Notes under the pieces: generated by a model | The model's input: only the letters and a program-made list of their open reading frames with translations | Databases searched by the model: none | Told to the model about the DNA's origin: nothing | Shown: positions 19,690 through 29,985 of the stretch, one piece after another | How the letters are laid out: every line of letters starts with the position of its first letter | Position numbering within the stretch: position 1 is the first letter of the stretch | Program-made: the position numbers and the translations under genes | Assembly (NCBI GenBank): GCA_042216015.1 | Contig: JBDGUI010000026.1 | Span: 1 to 58,050, forward strand | Length of the DNA stretch: 58,050 nt | Direction: 5' to 3' | DNA from: Halodesulfurarchaeum sp. | Lineage (GTDB): Archaea > Halobacteriota > Halobacteria > Halobacteriales > Halobacteriaceae

Positions 19690-20576
19690 TCCGCTTCGAT
19701 GGCCCGTCGGACGGCTTCGTCGAAGGGCGTCCGCTCGACCGGCAGCAACTCCTGGGCCCGATCGTCCTGCACGACGACCGGGTTCCGCAGCCCTTCGATC
19801 AGCGGGTGGGAGATGTGTTTCGGCGTGTCGGTCACCAGGTCGATCCAGTACACCGAGAGTTTGGGTGTAAGCACCGGGACGGGAAGGATGGAAAGTCGCC
19901 GTCCCATCGCCGCCGCCGTTCGCTCCATCATCTCCTGGTAGGAGAGCACTTCTGGCCCACCGATTTCGAGCGTTTCACCGCGAGTTTCGGGCTCCTCGAG
20001 CGCCCCGAGGAGGTATTCCACCACGTCAGAAATTGCGATCGGCTGGGAGGGGGTCCTGACCCACTTCGGCGTGATCATCACCGGCAGCCGGGAGACCATC
20101 TGGCGCACCATTTCGAAACTCGCGCTCCCGGCTCCAACGACGATCGCCGCCCGAAAACTCGTGAGATCGTAGCTGCCGGTCCGGAGGGTTTCCTCGACCT
20201 CCTGCCGGGACCTGAGGTGGGGTGAGAGATCTTCGCCGGTCTCTCCGAGCCCGCCGAGGTAGATCACTCGGTCGACTCCCACCTCGCTCGCGGCCTCGGC
20301 GAAGTTTTTGGCTGCCCGCTTATCCCGCTCCTCGAACTCGTCGCCGATGCCGAGGGAGTGGATGAGATAGTAGACCACGTCGATATCCTCGAAAACGCCC
20401 TCGAGAGACTCGGGGTCCAAGACGTCACCTTCGCGGACCTCGACCCGGGAATCCAGTTGGTCACGTCCTCGCTCCCGGTCCCTTGTCAGCGCCGTCACCT
20501 CGTAGTCCTGCTCCAGCAGGGCTGGAACCAGGTTGCCTCCAATGAAGCCGGTCGCTCCGGTGACCAAGACGTTCAT
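19686..20576 (-). CDS. Atypical SDR / NAD(P)H-binding protein
   Basis: VLVTGATGFIG, YYLIHS, HLRSR, GSASFE. Confidence 0.85.
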   Translation of the reverse strand: MNVLVTGATGFIGGNLVPALLEQDYEVTALTRDRERGRDQLDSRVEVREGDVLDPESLEGVFEDIDVVYYLIHSLGIGDEFEERDKRAAKNFAEAASEVGVDRVIYLGGLGETGEDLSPHLRSRQEVEETLRTGSYDLTSFRAAIVVGAGSASFEMVRQMVSRLPVMITPKWVRTPSQPIAISDVVEYLLGALEEPETRGETLEIGGPEVLSYQEMMERTAAAMGRRLSILPVPVLTPKLSVYWIDLVTDTPKHISHPLIEGLRNPVVVQDDRAQELLPVERTPFDEAVRRAIEAE

Positions 20577-20716
20577 AAATCCAAATGGGGGGCCATGCAG
20601 TTAACCGTGCCCGTGACGGTAATCCGCCTGTCGGAGGACTGTTGTGAACCACCCCATCGTGGGTCCTGCGAGACCGGAAGTGGTTATTGCCCGGTGTCCG
20701 TACCGCCTGACAGGCC

Positions 20717-21676
20717 ATGAAGGCGACCGCCGTCGCGCATCCGATCCAGGGCCTCCTGAAGTACCACGGGTTCCGCGACCCGGCCCGGAACGTCCCGGCC
20801 CACGACTCGATCTCGGTCTGCACGGCCCCCTCCCGGACCACGACGACGGTCGAGTTCGGCCACGACACCGATTCGGTCGTCGTGAACGGCGACCCCATCG
20901 ACGAGGAGGGCGCGGGTCGTGCCAACACGGTCCTGGCGCTGGTGAGGGCACAGGCGGGCCTCGACAGCGGCGCACGCGTCGTCTCCGAGAACACCTTCGA
21001 GTCGAACGTGGGATTGGGAGCCTCGGCCTCGGCCTACGCGGCACTGGCGAAGGCCGCTGCCGATGCGGCGGGCCTCGACCCCTCCCGGGAGGAACTCTCC
21101 CGGCTGGCCCGACGGGGAGCCGCCTCCGCCGCCCGGAGCGTCGTCGGGGGGTTCGCCCATCTCCAGACCCAGGGGGCCCCCGAGGAGGCAGTCGCGAGAC
21201 CGATCCCACCAGGATTCGACGAGGACGTCCGGATCGTCATCGCCTCGCTCCCCGAGCGGAAGTACACCTCCCGGGCCCACGCGACGACCCCGGACTCGCC
21301 GCACTTCGAGGCCCGGCTGGCCGGGGTGCACGAGACGAGCGCAGCGCTCAGGCGAGCGATTCGACGGGGGGACTTCGAGACCACCTTCGCCATTGCCGAA
21401 CGCGAGTCGGTCGAACTCCTGGGCGTCACGATGACCGGTCCGGAGGGCTGGCTCTACTGGCGGCCGGAGACCCTCGGCGTGCTTGAGACCGCCAGGAACC
21501 TTCGAGAAAGCGGGGTCCCGGTGTACTTCTCTGCGGACACGGGGGCGACGGCCTACCTCAACACGACCGCCGAACACGTCGAGACGGTCCGCCAGGCCAT
21601 CGAGGACGAGGGGATTCCGACCCGCGTCTGGCGGGTGGCCGGTGGCGTCGAACCCTCGGTGAAACACCTGTTCTGA
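20717..21676 (+). CDS. mvaD: Phosphomevalonate decarboxylase (haloarchaeal MvaD type, GHMP family)
   Basis: MKATAVAHPIQGLLKYHG, HDSISVCTAP, NVGLGASAS, SAARSV.GG, YFSADTGA. Confidence 0.85.
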   Translation: MKATAVAHPIQGLLKYHGFRDPARNVPAHDSISVCTAPSRTTTTVEFGHDTDSVVVNGDPIDEEGAGRANTVLALVRAQAGLDSGARVVSENTFESNVGLGASASAYAALAKAAADAAGLDPSREELSRLARRGAASAARSVVGGFAHLQTQGAPEEAVARPIPPGFDEDVRIVIASLPERKYTSRAHATTPDSPHFEARLAGVHETSAALRRAIRRGDFETTFAIAERESVELLGVTMTGPEGWLYWRPETLGVLETARNLRESGVPVYFSADTGATAYLNTTAEHVETVRQAIEDEGIPTRVWRVAGGVEPSVKHLF

Positions 21677-21702
21677 CTGCCACGAGTTGGGGGGGGAGGT
21701 CG

Positions 21703-23256
21703 CTAATGCAGCCACCTGAGACCGTCGACTGGCTCGAAATCGAGGTGGGTCTCCAGGAGCGAGGCGGCCCGTTCATACGGGGACTGACCCGCATCCTCCG
21801 CTTCGGGTCGCTCCAGTCCGGCTCGGTCGAACAGCGTCCGGACGAAGGCCTCCCGAACCGACCGGTTCTCGAAGAGGCCGTGGAGATAGGTTCCCACCAC
21901 GTCCCCGTCGACCGCGCTCGTTGGCTCGAGGGGATGCTCGAGGGACGTGAGAAAGCGCGTTTCGCCCATGTGGATCTCGTAGCCCGAGGCGGAGCCGGTG
22001 GCCCCGGCGATCGGTCCGCTCCCCCGGACCTGGCAGGTCGTCCTGGTAACCGCCTTCTCATTGGAGAATTCGGTCGCGACTGGAAGCAGTCCGAGACCCT
22101 CGACCGTCCCTTCGACGGCCGTGCTCTCGATGCCGGCCCGTTCGATCCGGTCGCCAAGCGTCTGGTATCCGGCACAGATGCCCACGACCGGTCCGTCGAA
22201 GGCCCGAATCCGCGGACCGAACCCAGCCTCCCGCAGGGCGAGCAGGTCGTCGACGGTGTTTTTCGAGCCCGGGAGGAGGACTGCCTCGAAGCGGTCGAGG
22301 TCGGCCGAAAGCGGGAGGTAATGGACCCGGACACCCGCCTGGGCGGCGAGCGGTTCGAGGTCGGTGAAGTTCGAGATGAAGGGGATCCGCGGGACGGCCA
22401 CGTCGACCGCCCGGTCCTCCTCGATCCCGTCCTCGGCCCCGAAGACGGTGTGCTCGCCCTCGGCCGGGAGCGAGACGCTGTCTTCCTCGGGGAGTCCCGG
22501 ATCGTCGGCCGGAAGCACACCGAGCACGGGTACGCCGGTCAGCTCCTCGAACTCCTCGATTCCCGGGTCGAGGACGGCTTTCGAGCCCCGGAACTTGTTG
22601 ATGACGACGCCGGCGACCCGCTCGCGGACGTCCGCCGGCATCAACTCGAGGGTGCCATAGAGGCTGGCGAAGACCCCGCCGCGCTCGATGTCGCCGACCA
22701 GAACGACTTCACTGTCGGCGAACCGGGCGGTCTCGACGTTCGCGAGATCGCGGTCGAGCAGGTTGATCTCCGCGACGCTCCCGGCGCCCTCGGCGACGAG
22801 CACGTCGTACTCCGCGGCGAGCCGGCGGTGTGAGGCGATCGCGGCCTCACGCGCGGACGCCCAGTGTTCCTCGTAGTACGTCCCGGGTTCGAAGTGTTCC
22901 CTGGCCTGGCCCTGGACGACGAGCTGGCTCTCGCCGTCCCCGCGGGGTTTGAGGAGCACGGGATTCATGTCCGTCGTCGGGGTCACCTCGGCAGCCCGGG
23001 CCTGCACGTACTGCGAGACGCCGATCTCGCCCCACTCCGCATCCGCGTCGGGCCCGGATTCGTCGTCCCGGTCCGGCGAGACCACCACACGGGCGTTGTT
23101 GCTCATGTTCTGGGCCTTGAACGGAGCGACGTCGACACCCCGGTTGGTCAATGATCGGGCCAGCCCGGCCGTCACCACCGACTTGCCAACGTGGCTGGCC
23201 GTGCCGGCCACGAGGATCGTCGTCGCGTCGGGTTCCTCCTTGCCCGTCTCGCTCAC
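21703..23256 (-). CDS. cobQ: Cobyric acid synthase (CobQ/CbiP)
   Basis: [62 protein letters not shown] start overlapping the cbiZ stop is inferred. Confidence 0.92.
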   Translation of the reverse strand: MSETGKEEPDATTILVAGTASHVGKSVVTAGLARSLTNRGVDVAPFKAQNMSNNARVVVSPDRDDESGPDADAEWGEIGVSQYVQARAAEVTPTTDMNPVLLKPRGDGESQLVVQGQAREHFEPGTYYEEHWASAREAAIASHRRLAAEYDVLVAEGAGSVAEINLLDRDLANVETARFADSEVVLVGDIERGGVFASLYGTLELMPADVRERVAGVVINKFRGSKAVLDPGIEEFEELTGVPVLGVLPADDPGLPEEDSVSLPAEGEHTVFGAEDGIEEDRAVDVAVPRIPFISNFTDLEPLAAQAGVRVHYLPLSADLDRFEAVLLPGSKNTVDDLLALREAGFGPRIRAFDGPVVGICAGYQTLGDRIERAGIESTAVEGTVEGLGLLPVATEFSNEKAVTRTTCQVRGSGPIAGATGSASGYEIHMGETRFLTSLEHPLEPTSAVDGDVVGTYLHGLFENRSVREAFVRTLFDRAGLERPEAEDAGQSPYERAASLLETHLDFEPVDGLRWLH

Positions 23257-23957
23257 GGATGGAACACCTCGGCCCGCCTGCTCGTCACGATCCCGGAGTC
23301 GGCCGATTCGACCGACGTCGGTGGGGCCTCGGGGGCGTATCTCGACTCGAAACTTTTTCGGATGGCCTCGCGCACGGCGGCTCTCGTGGCGTCGCCGACG
23401 CCTGTCGCGCTTCCGGCAAAGGTGCTCTCCTCGCCCCCGCGGTCGGTGCCGACGGCCACGGCGTCGGAGGTCGTTCCCGAGAAGCCGGTCACCTGCTGCA
23501 GGGTCGCGGCCTTCGCCTCGACGGCGACGGCCATGAGCGTCGCGAGCGCGCCGTCCGAAAGCCTGCGGTCCGTCCCGACGAGCAGGTTGACGGTGCCGGC
23601 TTCGGGTGGCTCCTCGCTCACCAACCCTGGTGGCACGGTTCCGTCCGGCTCCATGGGAAGCGCAGCCGGGTTCGAGAGGCCGACGGTGGCGACGACTCGA
23701 ACGCCGTCGAGTTCGGCACCGGCGGCGTGTTCCATGTCGACCCCGGTCAGGAGCGCCGGGCCCGGGACGTCGAATCCGGCCGCCTCCCGTCTCTCGGCGG
23801 CGTACGCGTCGAGATCCGTCCGATTCCACCCCTCGGGAACAGAGACGTTGTAGACCGCCTCGCGGTCGCTGTACCCCCCACCAAAGCCCGTGAGCAACCA
23901 GCGGGAATCGGGCGATCGGGCCTGGAGAACCCCGTCACGGACTGTGGTCTCAAACAT
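23253..23957 (-). CDS. cbiZ: Adenosylcobinamide amidohydrolase
   Basis: [30 protein letters not shown]; position in the cob operon. Confidence 0.85.
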   Translation of the reverse strand: MFETTVRDGVLQARSPDSRWLLTGFGGGYSDREAVYNVSVPEGWNRTDLDAYAAERREAAGFDVPGPALLTGVDMEHAAGAELDGVRVVATVGLSNPAALPMEPDGTVPPGLVSEEPPEAGTVNLLVGTDRRLSDGALATLMAVAVEAKAATLQQVTGFSGTTSDAVAVGTDRGGEESTFAGSATGVGDATRAAVREAIRKSFESRYAPEAPPTSVESADSGIVTSRRAEVFHP

Positions 23958-24957
23958 GCAACAGCACCTCCTCCAGGCGGCGATTTTCCGAGGGCATGCG
24001 AACCGCGACCCGGACGTGGGAGTCAAGGCCCCGAAAAGTCCGGGCGTCCCGGAGGATGACCCCTCGTTCGCGGGCCCGCTCGAGAAGCGCGGTGACGGAC
24101 CCATCGACCTCCAGCAGGAGGAACGGCGCCTCGGATTCGTGGATGTCGTACCGATCCTCCAGCGTGGCTCGCAGCTGGGCTCGTTCCCTCCGGACCCGAT
24201 CCCGGGTCTCTTCTATGAAATCGGTCGCCCGCATGACCTGGACGCCGACCTCCATGGCCGGAACCCCGACGTTCCAGGTGGGCCGTGCCGTCTCGAGTCG
24301 GTCGCGGAGGTCCCCAGTCGCGACCGCGAACCCGGCTCGAAGCCCCGGGAGCCCGAAGAGCTTGGTCAGCGAGCGGGCGACGATCACCCCCTCGGTACCG
24401 GCGAGCGTCGGCTCCTCGGTGAATCCGAGGAACGCCTCGTCCACGAGTACCGGCGTCTCGGCCTCCCTGGCCCGGTCGACGAAGGCCCAGAGGTCCCGGG
24501 CGTCGTATGCCGCTCCCGTGGGATTGTTGGGATTGCAGACGACGGCGAGTTCGTGGGGCTCCGGATCGGCATCGAGCAGTTCGTCGTGGGGAGCGAACTC
24601 GGGTTTGCCCCCCTGGAGGCGAACCTCCCGGGCGTACTCCCCGAAACTCGGATAGGGAATGAGGACGCTGTCCTCCGGGGAGACGGTAACCGAGAGGGCG
24701 AGCCTGATCGCGGCCAGGCCGCCGGCAGTCGGAATCACCGCCTCCGGGTCGACGTCGACGTACTCGCCGGCGGCAAATCGGTAGGTCGGCGCGGCGTCCG
24801 GTGGGTAGCTTCGACTCGAATCCAGAGCCGACTCGTACACCGATTCGATCCCCGGGGGAATCTCCGGGTTGACGTTCGCACTGAAGTCGATCCCCTCGCT
24901 CTCGGGTTCGCTCCCGTGGGGCACTCGCCCCACGTCGTCGATGCTATCGCGATCCAT
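23950..24957 (-). CDS. cobD: Threonine-phosphate decarboxylase (PLP-dependent)
   Basis: HG...DFSANVNP, CNPNNPTG, VDEAF, RSLTKLFGLPGLRAG. Confidence 0.88.
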   Translation of the reverse strand: MDRDSIDDVGRVPHGSEPESEGIDFSANVNPEIPPGIESVYESALDSSRSYPPDAAPTYRFAAGEYVDVDPEAVIPTAGGLAAIRLALSVTVSPEDSVLIPYPSFGEYAREVRLQGGKPEFAPHDELLDADPEPHELAVVCNPNNPTGAAYDARDLWAFVDRAREAETPVLVDEAFLGFTEEPTLAGTEGVIVARSLTKLFGLPGLRAGFAVATGDLRDRLETARPTWNVGVPAMEVGVQVMRATDFIEETRDRVRRERAQLRATLEDRYDIHESEAPFLLLEVDGSVTALLERARERGVILRDARTFRGLDSHVRVAVRMPSENRRLEEVLLHV

Positions 24958-25513
24958 CCTGCCTCGCGAGGTGGGTCGCGATCCGTGCGTCTCTCGGCCG
25001 GTTCACGTTCACGGCGAATCTCGGGTCGGTGCTCATGAGTGTGTGTTCGGGTTCAGGGTCCCCCACGACGTTGACGCCGCTCGGGACGACGGGCTGTCCG
25101 TCAGGTGCTGTGGTCTCGTCGATCGAAACGCCCAGTTCGGTCTTTCGCTCGGCCGGCACGGCGACCATCGCCGAGCCGGTCTCGTACCGGTCGAGAACCC
25201 AATCGACGGCTGAGCCGTCGAGAAGGGGCAGGTCGGCGCCCACGGTCAGCACCGGCTTCTCGACGGACTCGAGGGCCACGAGCAGGTCAGAGACGTATCC
25301 CTCGCCTACCCCCTCGATCGCCGGGACCTCCACGTGGGCCATGGTCCCGGGAACGTGAGGTGATCCGACCGCCAGGATTTCCTCGATCCGACTCGCCTGC
25401 AGAGCGTCGATGACGCGGTCGATCATTGGTTCGCCGTCGATCTCGTAGAGCGGCTTCTCGCCGTCGAACTCGAGTCGTTTCCCCCGCCCCCCGCACATCA
25501 CCAGAGCGTCCAT
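24944..25513 (-). CDS. cobY: GTP:adenosylcobinamide-phosphate guanylyltransferase
   Basis: MCGGRGKRL...EKPL, GEGYVSDL, ADLPLL, NVN; position in the cob operon. Confidence 0.85.
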   Translation of the reverse strand: MDALVMCGGRGKRLEFDGEKPLYEIDGEPMIDRVIDALQASRIEEILAVGSPHVPGTMAHVEVPAIEGVGEGYVSDLLVALESVEKPVLTVGADLPLLDGSAVDWVLDRYETGSAMVAVPAERKTELGVSIDETTAPDGQPVVPSGVNVVGDPEPEHTLMSTDPRFAVNVNRPRDARIATHLARQDGSR

Positions 25514-26241
25514 GCGATCACCCCCGCGAGGAGCGCGGCCAGCCGGGCCACCTCGTTCGTCGCGCCCAGCACGTCGCCGTTGATGCCCCCGAGTCGATCT
25601 CTCGCCCAGTACTCGGTCACGAGCCCCGTTCCGAGCCCCACTGCGACGGAGATCGCCGCGGCGGGGTGGGGAAAAGTCAGGATGGTCGCCGGAAGCGCGA
25701 GGATCACGCCCACCGGAAGCGTCCACGGGCCCGTGCTGTTCGACAGTGCGGAACCCAGCCCCTCGTGGCTGGCGGTTCCCCGGGCCACGACCCCGACCAT
25801 GGCGAGTTTCGCGCTCACCTCGGCGGCGACGACGAGGAGGAGTGCCCGCGATGGCGCCCCGGCAAGCGTCGATCCGACCGCGAACAGGCCGAGCAGGAGC
25901 AGGCCCAGCGCGAGGACCGCGCCGACGCCGATCGCGCTGTCCTTCATCGCCGCTCGGGCCTCGGCCGGGTCGCCGTGGGTCGCGACCCCGTCAGCGACGT
26001 CCAGCAACCCGTCGACGTTGTTGATGCCCGCGAAGACGCCGATCGAAAGCACGAACCCGAAGCCAGCGACCGTCCCGGGAAGCGGGAGGAAAAGCGGCAG
26101 GGTAAGCAAACCGCCGAGGACGTAGCCAACAGCGACCATGACGGCCGGCCGGTCCGCGAAGGCCTCCCAGGCGCCCGGGGACTGCCCCACGGGAAGCGTC
26201 GTCAGGAAGCCGAGTGCCCCCCGAAACGCCGTCAGTCCCAT
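25498..26241 (-). CDS. cobS: Adenosylcobinamide-GDP ribazoletransferase (cobalamin synthase)
   Basis: FLTTLP, DGLLDVADG, AMKDS..G, GGINGDVLGA. Confidence 0.9.
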   Translation of the reverse strand: MGLTAFRGALGFLTTLPVGQSPGAWEAFADRPAVMVAVGYVLGGLLTLPLFLPLPGTVAGFGFVLSIGVFAGINNVDGLLDVADGVATHGDPAEARAAMKDSAIGVGAVLALGLLLLGLFAVGSTLAGAPSRALLLVVAAEVSAKLAMVGVVARGTASHEGLGSALSNSTGPWTLPVGVILALPATILTFPHPAAAISVAVGLGTGLVTEYWARDRLGGINGDVLGATNEVARLAALLAGVIAWTLW

Positions 26242-27239
26242 TCGGTCACCCCGCCGGGAACCGAAGGAATGTCGCTGGCCCAGCCGACGCTGCCTGCCAT
26301 CCAGCCGACACCGCTCGGCGGCAAGCCGATCCCGCTCCCGAGCCAGGCGACTCCGGCAGCGAGGCCGAAGGCCAGGAGCCCGGCTCGCTGACCGACAGTT
26401 ACCCCCCGTCGGGCGTCCGACAGGGTCGGCAGCCGGGCTGTCGGGTTGAGATCGTACAGACCGGGCTTGTGGAGCCGGACGTCGATGGCCGCGGCCATCG
26501 TCGCCATCGGCCAGCCGGAGTTCGGCGAGGCCGGCTCGCGGGTCCATTCGGCAGCCCGCCAGACCGCCCCGGGATCGAGGGCCGCGAAGGCGATCAGGGC
26601 CGCGCTCACCCTGGCTGGGACCCACTCGACCGCGTCGTCCAGGCGGGCGCTCGCCGTGCCGTGGGGCCGATCGCGATAGCCGAGCATCGAATCGAGCGTG
26701 TTGACCGCCTTCACCCACGCCGCCGCCCCGACGGCGACGGGAAGCGAGACGAGGCTGCCGAGACCGAAGGCAAGAAGCGGGGCGAGGAGCCCGTCCGCGA
26801 GGTTCTCCGCCAGACTCTCGACGGCCGCGCTTCGAACCTCGCCAGCCGAGAGGTCCTCGGTGTCCCGACCGACGAGACCGATGACCTCGCCTTTCGCCCG
26901 ATCGAGGTCGGTTTTACTCGCCTCGATCACGTCTTTGCTCAGGCCGGTGAGCATGTCGAGGCTCACGGTCGAAAAGAGGATCGTGCCGGCCAGGACCGCG
27001 GCTCCGAGGGGGCTGTATTCGACGAGGAGCCAGACGGGCAACGCCGCGAAGAAGGCCGCAAAGAGGGGAACGACCAGCGCGATGATCCCCCCGAAGAGGG
27101 AGGGAACGGGCCCGGGTCGATCGAGGATGGCGATCAACGCGCCGAGTCTGGCGACCGGATGGATCGACTCGGGTGGCTCCCCGACGGTGGCGTCCAGTAG
27201 CAGGGCGACGCCGACCGCCAGGGGGCCGAGTGGTGTCAT
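26232..27239 (-). CDS. cbiB: Adenosylcobinamide-phosphate synthase
   Basis: GEPP...HPV, LVGRDT, VESLAENLADG, KAVNTLDSMLGY, ARLDD, SPNSGWPMA. Confidence 0.92.
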   Translation of the reverse strand: MTPLGPLAVGVALLLDATVGEPPESIHPVARLGALIAILDRPGPVPSLFGGIIALVVPLFAAFFAALPVWLLVEYSPLGAAVLAGTILFSTVSLDMLTGLSKDVIEASKTDLDRAKGEVIGLVGRDTEDLSAGEVRSAAVESLAENLADGLLAPLLAFGLGSLVSLPVAVGAAAWVKAVNTLDSMLGYRDRPHGTASARLDDAVEWVPARVSAALIAFAALDPGAVWRAAEWTREPASPNSGWPMATMAAAIDVRLHKPGLYDLNPTARLPTLSDARRGVTVGQRAGLLAFGLAAGVAWLGSGIGLPPSGVGWMAGSVGWASDIPSVPGGVTEWD

Positions 27240-27308
27240 GTCTGACTCGAATGTCCGGCGCGTGGGATATCAGTCGGTCGGTCCTGTGGCCGCGGTGACG
27301 GCGTCCAC

Positions 27309-28376
27309 TCACTCGCGGGCCACGAGCATCGCACCGATGATCGCGATCAGGGCCACGATCGGGCCGAAGCCAGGTGCTTTGCTGTGCGTGGTCTGGGCGC
27401 TCGTCTCCGGTGTGGCCTCGGTCGTGGTTCCCTCGGCGAAGCTCTCCAGGGCGGATTCGTACGCGTCGGGGTGCCACGTGCTCGCGAGGTCCTCCACGAC
27501 CTGGACGGTCCGGGGTGCGGGCTGGTTGAGGTAGTTGGCGTTGACCTCGATGATCTGGTCGTGCCTGACCGCGTACGTGTTGTTGTACGCCTCGGTGTTC
27601 GGAACCACTTGCGGGGCCTCGTTGCTCACGATGATGTACTCGATGCTCCGATTGGCCACGACCTCCGCACTGATCATTTCGTATCCGGTGATGCCGGCCT
27701 TCGCGGCGACGTTCGTCCCGCCCGCGGTCTCGATGACGCTATCGATGAACGTGTTCTCACCGGCCGTGAACTGGCCGCCGAGCAGGTAGAGTGCGGTCGG
27801 CCGTTCCGTCCCCTCGACAGCGGTCCGGACGATGTCGAGTGACTTCTCCATCTGATCGGCGCGGGCGTCTGCCGCCTTGACCCTTCCGACGAGTTTTCCC
27901 GTCAATCGAGTTTTCTCGACCACGTCCGCCAGCGAGGTCGCTCTTCTGAAGTTGTAGACGGTGAGGCCAACGCTTCTGAGCTGTTCGACCTTCTTGTCCG
28001 AGATGATGTCCGGGGCGAGCACCAGATCCGGCTTTTGGGCGACGACCTTCTCGGTGCTCGCAAAGCCCTTCTCGCCCGAGATGATCGCCTTCTCTTCGTC
28101 CCAGTCGAGGTACGTCGCTCGGGCGGAGGTGGCGACCACCTGCTTCTGGGCACCGATCTCGAACATCGTCTGGGCCGCGCTTGGCGCGAGTGTCACCACG
28201 CGCTCGGGTGGCGCCTCGATCGTCACCTCCTCGCCGGTGGCGTCAGTCACGGTGAGTGGGTACGAAACGGCCGTTGGCTCTTCCTGTGCAGTGACCGTGC
28301 CGATGGCCCCGATTGCCCCGGTGCTCAGGACGAGCAGGGCGAGTGCCACGGCGAACAGTTGCTTTTGGTGACGCAT
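27309..28376 (-). CDS. btuF: Corrinoid ABC substrate-binding protein (BtuF-like) with PGF-CTERM anchor
   Basis: Signal peptide, VTDATG, ERVVTLAPSAAQ, LNQPAPR, C-terminal PGFG plus transmembrane segment; adjacent to cob genes. Confidence 0.8.
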   Translation of the reverse strand: MRHQKQLFAVALALLVLSTGAIGAIGTVTAQEEPTAVSYPLTVTDATGEEVTIEAPPERVVTLAPSAAQTMFEIGAQKQVVATSARATYLDWDEEKAIISGEKGFASTEKVVAQKPDLVLAPDIISDKKVEQLRSVGLTVYNFRRATSLADVVEKTRLTGKLVGRVKAADARADQMEKSLDIVRTAVEGTERPTALYLLGGQFTAGENTFIDSVIETAGGTNVAAKAGITGYEMISAEVVANRSIEYIIVSNEAPQVVPNTEAYNNTYAVRHDQIIEVNANYLNQPAPRTVQVVEDLASTWHPDAYESALESFAEGTTTEATPETSAQTTHSKAPGFGPIVALIAIIGAMLVARE

Positions 28377-28587
28377 TGTCTTGATCAACTGGGCAGTACA
28401 ACTTAAATTTGTCTACCTCAATCGAAGTTGTGTTTTTGATGGGGGGATTGTGTTTTTTGTGCCCCTTTCTGGTATTGGAGAGAGGTTGGCTCGATTGGGG
28501 TCTGTACGACGCCGAGAAACGAAACAAATCACGGCTATTAGCAATCACCGACGCCGACCGGCGGGTCCAGAAACGGAGCATTGATTG

Positions 28588-28761
28588 ATGTCACCCGAAC
28601 AGGAGGCAATAATCGAGGACCACGGAGTCACGAGCGAAGACGACCTCTTTCCGGCTTGGGTGAAGATCAGGAACCACGGGGCCTGGGGCGAGCTGGGGTG
28701 GTGTGGAGAACCGAATTCCGGTTTCCGAGAAACCCCGAACACCGGCGATCGAACGGGGTGA
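28588..28761 (+). CDS. Possible 57-aa small protein (below the ORF-track cutoff)
   Basis: ATG 28588 to TGA 28761: MSPEQEAIIEDHGVTSEDDLFPAWVKIRNHGAWGELGWCGEPNSGFRETPNTGDRTG; acidic. Confidence 0.35.
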   Translation: MSPEQEAIIEDHGVTSEDDLFPAWVKIRNHGAWGELGWCGEPNSGFRETPNTGDRTG

Positions 28762-28798
28762 AATTTACTATCATTCAATCGGTAGGTGGATCTGGACC

Positions 28799-29092
28799 AT
28801 GGTGGTACAAAGCGAACTCCGCGAAGCGATGGAGACGGGTCGGGAGGAGACCATCGAACTGCTGGCCCGGACCGAGACCCTGCCGGTGGTGGACGAGGAG
28901 GCAGAGGTCTCAGGCCTCCTGGGCGGGCGGACGAAGCCGTCGTTCAAGCTGGTCGAACGGGGCGACGTGGAGACAGTGGATCGACAGACCAGACAGGACG
29001 TCCTGAACTTCCTCGGTATCGACGACGAGGACGACCTCGAACCGGTGCAGGAGGAGATCAAAACTCACGAGGCCTGGGGCGCGGACACGTAA
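28799..29092 (+). CDS. Hypothetical 97-aa acidic protein
   Basis: ATG at 28799, haloarchaeal codon and acidic bias, AT-rich promoter-like stretch upstream. Confidence 0.65.
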   Translation: MVVQSELREAMETGREETIELLARTETLPVVDEEAEVSGLLGGRTKPSFKLVERGDVETVDRQTRQDVLNFLGIDDEDDLEPVQEEIKTHEAWGADT

Positions 29093-29126
29093 CCGCCCCG
29101 GGTGGACTCGGGAACGACGGTCCTCG

Positions 29127-29876
29127 TTAGCAAAGCGCTTCCGGATCCTCTCCGAGGCTGATGCGTTCGCCGAGCCAGTCGAGGGCGGCCTCCACCGCCT
29201 CGGCGTCGTCGCCGGTCACGCGGACACGATTACGATCCGCCCGCTCGCCCGGGTAGCTGCCGGCTCGGACGTCAAAGTGTGACTCGAGCTCGGCCAGATG
29301 TCTCCCCAGGACGCCCTCCGGCGCATCCGTATATCTCGTCTCCATCGCCACGTCACCCGCGAACTCCCCGGCGACCCGTTCGAACGTGGCTCGCAATTCG
29401 CTGGGGACGCCCGGCAGCACATAGACGCCGTCGGCGACACAGCCGTTGGCGAGTCCCTCGGGATTCTCGATGATCTCCCCGCCGGCGATCGTCTCTGCGA
29501 CCCGCTCCGTGTCCAGGCCGAGGTCGTATTTCTCCGCGAGTTCGGGATGGGACTCGATGAAGGCCGCAGAGGACCGCCGGGCGGCCTCGCGGGCCTCCGG
29601 ATCGATCTCGAGATCCCGGTCCAGGGCGGCTGCCACCGCCGCCATCGTCACGTCGTCGGGCGTTCCGCCGAGTCCCCCGGTGACGATCACCCGATCGAAT
29701 TCCCCGGCCCGCGATTCGACCCGGGACGCGATCGTTCGGTGGTCGTCACCGACCGTCAGGATCTCGTGGACGCGCCCGCCGCGCTCGGTTATCTGGCGGG
29801 CCAGCCACGTCGCGTTGGTGTTCTCGGTTTCCCCGGCGAGGAGTTCGTCCCCGACCGTGATGATGGCCACCGCCAT
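29127..29876 (-). CDS. CinA-like molybdopterin-binding-domain protein
   Basis: ITVGDELLAG...NTNA.WL, TGGLGGTPDDVT, LPGVPSE. Confidence 0.88.
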   Translation of the reverse strand: MAVAIITVGDELLAGETENTNATWLARQITERGGRVHEILTVGDDHRTIASRVESRAGEFDRVIVTGGLGGTPDDVTMAAVAAALDRDLEIDPEAREAARRSSAAFIESHPELAEKYDLGLDTERVAETIAGGEIIENPEGLANGCVADGVYVLPGVPSELRATFERVAGEFAGDVAMETRYTDAPEGVLGRHLAELESHFDVRAGSYPGERADRNRVRVTGDDAEAVEAALDWLGERISLGEDPEALC

Positions 29877-29985
29877 GTGAGAACGGCGAACGCCCTTCGG
29901 GTTAAGCCTGTTCGAAAACGACAGCTCCCATCGGCGGATCGCCGTCTCCGGTACGTTAAAGCGAGCGGTTCTCCAAGTCCGGCAC

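Noticed and set aside
28377..28587. Cobalamin riboswitch upstream of btuF
   Set aside because: No B12-box or conserved core recognisable on either strand; looks like an AT-rich promoter region. An Rfam scan would settle it
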